From Pseudomonadota bacterium (GTDB lineage: Bacteria; Myxococcota_A; UBA9042; GCA-2863065): a stretch of 64,000 bases of DNA. Made by a program: the position numbers and the translations under genes. The notes beneath the pieces were generated by a model. It was not told the DNA's origin, searched no databases, and worked only from the letters and a program-made list of their open reading frames with translations. Below are positions 27,317-35,900 of this stretch, piece by piece (position 1 is the first letter of the stretch; each line of letters starts with the position of its first letter). The DNA is taken from positions 2,658 to 66,657 of the forward strand of contig SXOO01000203.1 of assembly GCA_005776725.1 (NCBI GenBank), written 5' to 3'.

Positions 27317-27810
27317 GGCAGGCTCACCGCGGGGCCCAGCGTGACGGCCGTGTTGGCCTCGGGCGGCGCGAAGATCGTGGGCTGGCCGACCAGCTCGAAG
27401 CGGACGGGGCCGGGCCCCGTGCGCCGTAGATGGAGGCGGGCTAGCGGCCCTGAGTCGAGGCGCGTGAGGTTCTGCGTCGTGAACACGAGCACGCGGAGGC
27501 TCCCGTCGTCGCGAGGCAGCACCACGACGTCCTTGCCCGCTCGCGCCGCGGCGTCGAGACGTTCACTGCGCTCATGGGCGACGGGCCCGTCGACGTCGAT
27601 GAGGAGCTCGGCCATGCGCGGGGCTTCAGAGCTGGCCTGTCGCGCGTAGGCGATGTCGACCGCGATCCCGCCGGGCGTCTCGGCCGCGGCGAGCGCGAGG
27701 GTCGTGGACTGTTCGGTTCCGACGTGAGGGATGTCTGCGCTCGCCTCGCCTCGTTCACACGCCGAGATCGCCAGCAGCACCGCGAGGAGTCGAGGGTGAA
27801 AGTCCATCAT
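27313..27810 (-). CDS. Small lipoprotein (165 aa) consisting of a cohesin-like beta-sandwich module
   Basis: ATGATG at 27810 lies 2 nt after the upstream TAA, with GGGGAA upstream. Lipobox LAISAC. The track ORF extends to 27837, but that part overlaps the upstream gene. Motif: DGSLRVLVFTTQNLTRLDSGPLARLHL. Confidence 0.65.
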   Translation of the reverse strand: MMDFHPRLLAVLLAISACERGEASADIPHVGTEQSTTLALAAAETPGGIAVDIAYARQASSEAPRMAELLIDVDGPVAHERSERLDAAARAGKDVVVLPRDDGSLRVLVFTTQNLTRLDSGPLARLHLRRTGPGPVRFELVGQPTIFAPPEANTAVTLGPAVSLP

Positions 27811-27812
27811 GG

Positions 27813-29978
27813 TTAGTTCCCCGGAGCTCCGTTCCAAGCCCCGGTGGGTCCGTTGTCGCAGACGAACGAGATCTGGAGGGAGTCATCGGGGTTCACCGTT
27901 CCGGCCACCCGCCGGAAACCCGACCAAGCCCCATTTGCATCCAGCTTCGCGCACCATGAACGGTCGATGGAGTTGCCATCGCCATTGGAGTCGTCTTGAT
28001 ACAAGCAGATTCTGCACTTGCTGACGGTGAGCTTGTCCGTGGAGAGCGTGTTCCAGACCTGGAATGGGACGTAGGAGATGACCCGTGGGTAGTTCGTGCC
28101 GATCTGGAGGAAGGGCTCCGGCGGTTTCGCGCCGTCCTCCGTGGAGTCGAGCAGTGGGATTCGGGTAGTCCCTTGGACCGTAATCCCCTTGTTCGGAGCC
28201 CAGACCATTCCGTTCGTGAAGGTCGGCGCCGAGTTGAACGTGACCGAGTTCCCGAAGGTCGCGGTCCCGTTGAAGACCGCAGGAGCGCTGGCGCTGAGCG
28301 TGACGCTGCCGTTGAAGGTGCTGGGGCCGTTCAGGGTGGCGCCGTTCAGGGTCGCGCTGGCGGCCGTGATTGTGTTGACGCTGTGCAGGGACTTGTTCGC
28401 GAGGCTCACGTTGTTGAAGCCGCCGCCGACCTCGAGCGTTCCCCCGGCCATGAACAGCGCGTTGCGCTTGTCCGTGCCAGAGGTCAGCGCGATGGGCCCG
28501 GCCGAGAGGAATCGACGGGCCTGGGACCATGCCTCGATGTACGCAGTGTCGCCGAGGTCCAAGCGGTAGTCGGAGCCATCCTTTACGTCGCGTAGGACAT
28601 ACCGGTCGCCGGTCCCGAAGTTGAAGCGGAGCGAGGTGAGGTCCTTGAGGATGACGTGCCCATTGAACCAGGCCGCCCCATCGAAGGTGGCCGAGTTCCA
28701 CGCGGTCGACTTGAAGCTGACGACCCCCTTGAACTCGGAGCTCCCGCTGGCAACCAAGGCCGACTTCGCCGTCAGAGTGCCCGTCACGTTCAAGGCGCCG
28801 CCGAGGTCGAGGAGCTTGTTCACCGCGGGCGCCGTCGAGTAGTAGACGACGTTCGGATCGGTGATCGTCACGGCGCCACTGAGCGAAACGGCCCCGTTGA
28901 ACACGACGGGCATGTTGAAGGTGACCTTCGGTGTCGCCGACGGGTTGGTCTGCGCGACCGTGCCGAAGCGGGCGTTCTGCGTGAAGGTCGACTCGCCATT
29001 GGCTGTGAGCGCGCCGCCGAGGGTGGTGGCGCCGGTCGTGTTGAGTGTGGCGATCGTGGCGGTGCCCGCCGGGACCGAGAGCGTGCTGCCGACCTCCAGG
29101 GTGCCGTCGACGCGGGCAATCCCGCTCGGGACATGGAGCGCTCGCCCGCCCGCGGGCAGGCCTTCGCCCGTGATCGTGAGCGCACCCCGCACGCGCACCT
29201 GCTTAGCGGCGATCACCAGCTCGTCGAGGAACTCCACAGCGCCGCCGTACGCGCGACCCGCGATGTGCAGCAGCCGCTGAGCCGTGTTGCGCACCGGAGT
29301 CCACTGCAGGAACGCGCTGTCGACGTACTTCCCGAAGAGCGCCGGCGTGGAGTACAGCGCGGTGGCCTGGGTCTGGGTGGGCGTCGAGAAGTCGAAGTAG
29401 CCGATCCCCAAGGTCTTCCTCAGGAACAGGTCGGTGTCGGCCGTGACCCGGTAGGCATAGTTCGCCACTGCGGCCTGGTTCGCCTGGTGCGCGTTCTGCG
29501 CCAGGTTCGCGTAGGTCGACTTGATGGCGTAGGGCGTGGAGCCGAGCTGCACCGGCTTCAAGCAGGTCGACTGGCTTCCGAGGCAGATTCGGAAGGTGAG
29601 GTCGGTGTTCTCCGCCACCACCTCGCCGAGATCGCACGTCATGTTCGCGCCGATGGAGAGGTTCAAGACGCTGTCCTTCACCTGGACGTTCTTGAACTGC
29701 TCGGAGCAGATGACCGTGTTGTTCGACAGCACGTCCGCGTAGACGGTCTGGATCTCTCCGTCACCGACCGGCAGCTTGCTCTGGGCCACACGGGCCTGGA
29801 ACTTGAAGACGTTCGGCACCTTCTGGAGCTGGACGTCTTCGATCTGATAGCCGCACGGGAACGTCACGCCCGCCGCCGTACATTTCACCTCCGCCGCAGA
29901 AGCAGGTGATGCGGCGAGGCCGGCGATCGCGACGGTGCCAAGGAGTAGAGCTGCCGGGAGGCAGCGCAGCCTGTTCAT
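27813..29978 (-). CDS. Exported Asn/Thr/Gly-rich beta-helical, fibre-like protein (721 aa) with a Cys-containing C-terminal knob
   Basis: ATG at 29978 overlaps the upstream TGA (ATGA). Signal peptide ..AGLAASPASAAE. Short repeats of the type TFNGSVTLS/VFNGTATFG/SVTFNSAPTF. The STPYAIKSTYANLAQNAHQANQAA segment is typical of tail-fibre-like proteins. The C-terminus is CRICLYQDD..WCAKLD..FVCDNG. Confidence 0.85.
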   Translation of the reverse strand: MNRLRCLPAALLLGTVAIAGLAASPASAAEVKCTAAGVTFPCGYQIEDVQLQKVPNVFKFQARVAQSKLPVGDGEIQTVYADVLSNNTVICSEQFKNVQVKDSVLNLSIGANMTCDLGEVVAENTDLTFRICLGSQSTCLKPVQLGSTPYAIKSTYANLAQNAHQANQAAVANYAYRVTADTDLFLRKTLGIGYFDFSTPTQTQATALYSTPALFGKYVDSAFLQWTPVRNTAQRLLHIAGRAYGGAVEFLDELVIAAKQVRVRGALTITGEGLPAGGRALHVPSGIARVDGTLEVGSTLSVPAGTATIATLNTTGATTLGGALTANGESTFTQNARFGTVAQTNPSATPKVTFNMPVVFNGAVSLSGAVTITDPNVVYYSTAPAVNKLLDLGGALNVTGTLTAKSALVASGSSEFKGVVSFKSTAWNSATFDGAAWFNGHVILKDLTSLRFNFGTGDRYVLRDVKDGSDYRLDLGDTAYIEAWSQARRFLSAGPIALTSGTDKRNALFMAGGTLEVGGGFNNVSLANKSLHSVNTITAASATLNGATLNGPSTFNGSVTLSASAPAVFNGTATFGNSVTFNSAPTFTNGMVWAPNKGITVQGTTRIPLLDSTEDGAKPPEPFLQIGTNYPRVISYVPFQVWNTLSTDKLTVSKCRICLYQDDSNGDGNSIDRSWCAKLDANGAWSGFRRVAGTVNPDDSLQISFVCDNGPTGAWNGAPGN

Positions 29979-32900
29979 AGGACCCCCAGAGGAATCGTGA
30001 TGTTGCCGCCGCTGGCGGGCACGTTGGAGAGGTAGCCGGTACGGTCGCCGGCGTTACGGAGCCCGTCGCCGTTCATGTCCTGCCAGCAGGTGACGTCATA
30101 CGCACGGCCCGACACCAATGCCGGGTTCATCGTGCTCAGGAGGCCACCGGAGTCCGCGCACACGTTCGACGGCGAGCAGTTGGCTCGAGCGATGCCGAGG
30201 ACACCGTCCGTCGCCGTCCACGGCAGCAGGTCCGCCACGCTCCCGAGCCCGGCCGGGGCCCACCCGCACACGAGCGGCGCCGAGAGGGACGGGTTGGTCG
30301 CGAGGACCGCCCGGACCAGCGACGTTCCGAGTGTGACGTTCTGGACGATGTCCGCGCTTGGGCTGGCCGGGACGTTGATCTCCACGAAACCCACGAGATC
30401 GCCGCTCGAGTAGTTGGGATCACCGAGGCCGTCGAAGTCGGACGCGCTATTGACCGCCAGGTAGGCGTGGTACCGGGTGTTGGCCGCCAAGATGAGCGCT
30501 CCCGAGCCCGAGAGCGGCGCGGGCGTGAGCTGCAGCGCGCCGCTGTCCGCCACCGTCCCAGTCCCGTACCCGACGAGCACCGGCGCACCGGTCGTCGGGA
30601 AGCGGAAGACATGCGCCTTGGCGCGCACGCCCGGCGCCCCTGTGGTCGCGGCGAGCGTGAGCCCGGCCCCGGGCGCACACGTCACGGTGACCGCGACCGC
30701 GGCCTTCTGAACCACGCCCTCGGCGCCCGCGCCAAACGTGCAGATACGGCCTGGGCCCCACGGGTTGCGCTCGACCGTGATCTTGAAGGCGTCCGCCGTC
30801 CGAACCGTGCCCTTGAAGGTGAACTTCGTGCTCCCAGCCGCGAGATCGACGGTCTCGCTCGGGCTCGACGTGGTCGTGTCCCCGGTGCGCAATCCGAGAC
30901 GGAGGCCGGAGCTCGGTCCGAGGCCGACGATGGTGCCGCCGACGCTGTAGCTGGTTACGCTGGGACCGGCGTTCTGGCTGCACTGGATGCTCACGTCGTC
31001 GAGGGCTGGGGTTCCCGCGGTGGGCGCTGCTTTGACGCCGAGGGAGACCACCGAACAGGTCACGTCGGTGGTCCCGGGCTGAGTCGACAGCGTGTAGGCG
31101 GCACCGTCACGGAGGCCGGTGAACAGGAGTGTCGCCGCACCCGAGGGGTACACGGTCCCCGGAGTGAAGGCGAATGCGGTCTTCGACGTGGAGCCGCTGT
31201 TGTCTGCCACGCTGCCGGTCCACGAGAGGGCGTTGCCCACGCCGTCCGTGGTGCCGAGGGTGACCTTGAGGCCCGCTGTGGGCCCGAGAACGCCGATGGA
31301 CAGCGGATGGGTCGTGACGCGAGCGCAGGTGACGTTCAGAGTGATGTCCGATCCATCCACGACGCCCGAAGCACCGCCCGTGCAGGTGTACGGATAACGA
31401 TCGGGCTGCTGCACCACCGAGACGGCGTAGCTGGCGCCATCGAGTCGACTCGCGAGCTCGACCGTGCCGTTCTGGGAGACGTCGTGGAAGGCCGGGATGC
31501 CGTTCACGACGTCGCGCAGCCGGAGCGGCACCACCGGCGCCGCCGACGCGTCGAGCCCCGTCACGTCGACCCGCAGCCGGCGGACCGGCACGGGGCTGCA
31601 GTTCAGGTCCACCACCGGGTCGACGGTCGACAGCACGCCCAGGCTCGGCGACGCGGTGCACACCTGCCCGTCCGGACTGGCGACGATGGCGATTTGGAAG
31701 GCGTCGCCGGGGACACCGCTGGCCTCGAGGTCGGGGATGATGCTCCCGGCCGGGACGGGGAGCGCGGCCCCAGTGGTGCTGCCCAGCGTCGTCTGTACGG
31801 TCAGCGCGACGCTGCTCTTGTTCGCGTAGGTCACTCGGAGGATGGACCGACACGTCACCGCCACCGTCTGGTTCGTCTTGCCCATGTGCAGCTTGCTCGG
31901 CGCCGAGCAGAGGCGAGTCGCCCCAGCGGGAATGGACACCGTGAAGGGCTGGCCCTCCGGGACCTGGAGATCGAAGCCGATGGTTCCAGCGCCACTCGGG
32001 AGCGTGCGCGTCTCGGGGGTCGCACCGGCCCACGCGACCGTAACGGTGGTATTGGCGTCGAGCGCCGGGTCGAGCCCCGTGACCGTCACGCCGTGACGCG
32101 GGAAGGGCACGGAGGTGTAGCCGTCGTCGTAGGCAAAGCTCCGGAAGAGGCCGAACTCGAGGGTCTCGAAGGCGACCGACGCGCCCGTGTCGACATGGGC
32201 GTTCTGCGGGTCGAGGGAGGCGTCGTTTCGCCAGGTGGTGCACGCCTTGGTCACCCCGTTGCTGGACTCCAGGATGCACTGGTCGCCGGTGTCCGAGAGC
32301 ACCGCGCCTTTGGGCTGGGGAGGCGTCAGGATGATGCCGCGCAGGTGCAGGAGGGCCCCCCCGCTCTCGTCGCCCGGGTTGAAGAAGTTGCAGTTGAGGA
32401 GCGCGAAGCCCTTCGTATCGGCCGGGAACGTCGCGACCTCCTTCTCTGGAGACGCCGTGCACTTCGGATCCGAGGTAGGCGCCTTGCAGCTCTTCCCGCT
32501 CTTGAGGTTCGAGACCTCCTTCGAGTAGTCGCCGTAGTAGAGAACCTGGCCAGGCGCGGTCGCGTAGCCCTGGTACCCGCAGATGGTGTTGGTGGTCTGT
32601 GTCGTGCTGGCCAGGTTCACGGCCTTGCCCGCCACGTCGACGCCGAGGATGGCGACCGTGGGTCGACCTGGGATGAAGTAGGCCTGGAGCGCGGCGTCCT
32701 TCGCCGGGAAGCTGGGACACCCTTCCCGGCCCGCGCAGGCCTCGGCTTGAAGATGCTCGGGCAACCCGACGGGGTAGCCGAGGTTGGCGTAGCTCGACTG
32801 CGCCCTGCGGAAGCACACCTCCTTCGTGAGGCCTTGGGGGACCGCACCCGACGTCCCCGCGGCGGCCTCGTCGAAGTCGTCCTCGCAGAAGTCGGAGAGA

Positions 32901-35900
32901 CCGTCGCGATCGAGACCCGTCGAGCCACCCATGACGTCGTCGTAGGGGCTCGTGACGAGGCGGAGGCGGAGTTCGGTGAAGACGGCGCGGGAGGTCACGG
33001 TGAGCGGCTCCGCGTCGGCTTCGGCCGACGACGCGGCGTAGACGCTGATGCGTCCGAGCTCGTGCCAGTCGCTGCCGTAGAAGGGGCCCCCCTTCGCCTC
33101 GACGAGGATGGTCGGCGCGCGGCCATAGTCGCCGGCGCCAAAGGCGCGCACGGCAACCGGCACGGTTTGGTCGAGCACCGCCGTGTAACCGTTGTAGCCG
33201 TCCCCCTTCGGGACGTCCTGCCGCATGTCGGCGACCCCGGAGAACGAGGCGGGCGAGAAGTCGGACCAGTCCCACGAGTGGAGGACGCAGTGGCCACCGT
33301 CGCAGTACTCCGTTGTCGGATCACAGAGGTAGATACTGGCGCCGTCGGAGACGTCATAACAGTCACTGACGCAGCTTCCGCTCTCGCAGCGCCAGGAGCG
33401 CTGATCCGGACAGCCCTCGACCACGGTGGTCGTGAGCCCCCCGACCGTCTGACTGGCCTCGCGGCACTCGAGGCACGTGAGCGAGTCCGGGTCGCAAAAC
33501 CGGCACGGGCCATTCAGGCAGGCCTGGGTGAAGCACTGCGAGTCGGTGTTGCAGTCGGCGGCGCAGACCCAGTCCGACCCCGTGGGGCTCGGCACGCTAA
33601 GCGGTCGGAGGGCGCAGCGCGCGCCGAGCGCATCACACGTTCCGGGCAAGGACGGCGAGCAGGGCACCACGCTGCACTTACCGGCGTTGCACAGGTGATA
33701 GGGTGGGCACTCCGAGTGGTCGTTCGCGCACTCGGCGCTCTGCGCGACCGGCGCGGACGTGCTCGCCGGCCGGGCGAGCAGCTCGAGCCCACGTTCCGCC
33801 TCGGAGCGGAAGGAGGCCTCGGGGCGAACGCCCGAGTAGAACTTGAGCTCGTCGAGCCCGCCGTGGTGCGGAAAGAAGCGCTCGGGCTGACGTAGGGCCT
33901 TGGTCTGGAAGTGGGACTGGGCACCCACGAAGTTGCACGCGTAGAATCCCTGCTCGGCCGACCACGTCAGCCCGCGCGTCGCGGTGCCCCCGCCGTAGAT
34001 CGGGTAGGCGCCGACGGCCGTCCAGGCGCCGCCCGGTGCGTGCGGCTGGGTCGCCAGCAGGGTGGGCCGTGCGTCCGCGATGGTCGCAAGTGCGAGGCGC
34101 TCTCCGTCTGGCGAGAACGCGCCCTCGAGGACGCGCTCGAAGCGCCCGTCCGGGTTCAGCTCCTGCGGAGTGCCCGACGGCAGGTCCTTGACGAAGATCT
34201 GCGTCGCGGAGTTGTCGCTGACGACGACCGGAGGTGGCCCGCTGCCAAGGAGGCGGATCGTGGCGATGGTGCCGGGCACGAGCGGACGTCGGGCGTGACG
34301 CCCGGGAGTGCAGCTCGTGGCTTCAGCGTCGGAGATGGCGCCGTCGCCATTGGCGTCGTCGAGCATGCAGCGCTGGCGCGCGAGCGGGCCCCAAAAACCC
34401 GACTCGACGCCGAGCACGTGCTTGAGGTCGACGGGGACCGCCGTAGTGGCGCCGTTCGGCCAGGACAGGAGCGCCCCGGAGGACGCCACGCCGAGGTCGC
34501 CGAGGTTGGTGTCGGTCGCGAAGTCCGTGAGCCTGGCGCCGGGCCCGGCCTGCCGAATGGCGGGTTGGGCGGTGTTGCCCTCGTACCCGACAAACTTCGC
34601 GCCGACGCCGATACCGAGCCGCAGATACCCCGCTTCGAGTGAGCTGGCGCCGGGATAGAGCGGGAGACCCTGGGGCGCGGAGGTGGCGGTGAGGGCACTG
34701 TTGGCCCCCCAGGTCACGATGCGGCCATCACCCTTCAGCGCATAGACTGCGTCCTCCGCGGTCGCTATGGCGATCACGCCGGCGGTCGCGTCGCCGGGGC
34801 CCCCCGCCGTGAGCGTCTCGGCGCAGCCCCAGTGATGGACGCGCCCGGTGTCGTCGAGGGCGATGATCGTCTGGTATCCCGCGGCGATCGCCACCACGGG
34901 AGCGGTGAGGTACTTTCCGGCGACCTGCGCGCAGTTGACCGTCGCGGCTTGAGTCCCCAGCCTGCACTGACACCAGTCGCTGGAGGGCGCGACGTCGCAT
35001 GCCGGCGGCGTGGGCACCGCCGTGAAGGTGCAGGCGTTGCCCCCGAGCGCCGGCGAGCCGTACACCGTGACCGCCCCAGCGCTGTCGAGCGCGACGGTGA
35101 AGCCCGAGCCAGCCGCAACGGCTCGCACGCCGCTCGCGCTGGTCGAGATGGCGCCAACGGGCGCCTCCGCACCCCAACCCTGGAGCCGGCGTTCGTCACC
35201 GACGATGGCCACGCCGTGAGTGTGCCCGACGGCGAACGCATGCACCTCTCCAGCGAAGGGCGGCGCAGTCGCAGCGGCGAGCCCTGAGATGGATGCGATC
35301 CGCGCCGAAGGGACCCGAAGCTTCGAAGTGACCTGAACGCGGACGAGGCCGTCCTCAGGGCCGGCGCCCACGCTCGCGACCTTGCCCGGGAGCGTCGCGC
35401 CCGTGGAGCTCGCGAGGTCGGGCTTGAACTGCGCCGGGTCGAATTGCAGGAGCACGTCGTGGAGGTCGGTCGGGTAACAGTCGGCGACGGTATAGGTGCC
35501 ATCTTCGTCGAGGTCTTCGTCGGGAGTGCCCACGCCGCTCCCGTCGAGATCCCAGCAGGTGGGCGAGTAGGCGCCCGCAGCGGGCGCGAAGACGACGTTC
35601 ACCCTTAGGACGCCGGGCGTGGTGCTGGAGGTCTCCACCGAATAGCGGGGATCGACCGCGCGGGTCGTCTTGGTGCTCGTGAAGGCGATCCGCTCCTTGG
35701 TGTCCTGACTGAGTCCGGCGGCCGTGACGCTCCGGTGTGAGGCCAGTAGGGTGAGGTCGTCGCCCGCGCCGCCCTCTACTGGCGAGTCGGTCACCGCTTG
35801 CACGATGCTGCCGATGCGCAGGCGACGGATCGTCTGCTCCCGAAGGTCCGCCGTGGCGCGCTGGTAGACGAGCGTGCCGCGCGACGTGCCGTCGATGGCG

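Noticed and set aside
30467-33895. Plus-strand ORF of 1142 aa and out-of-frame minus ORF 31107..33275 (722 aa)
   Set aside because: They are shadows of the 2784-aa gene, dominated by R/G/A/E/D runs.
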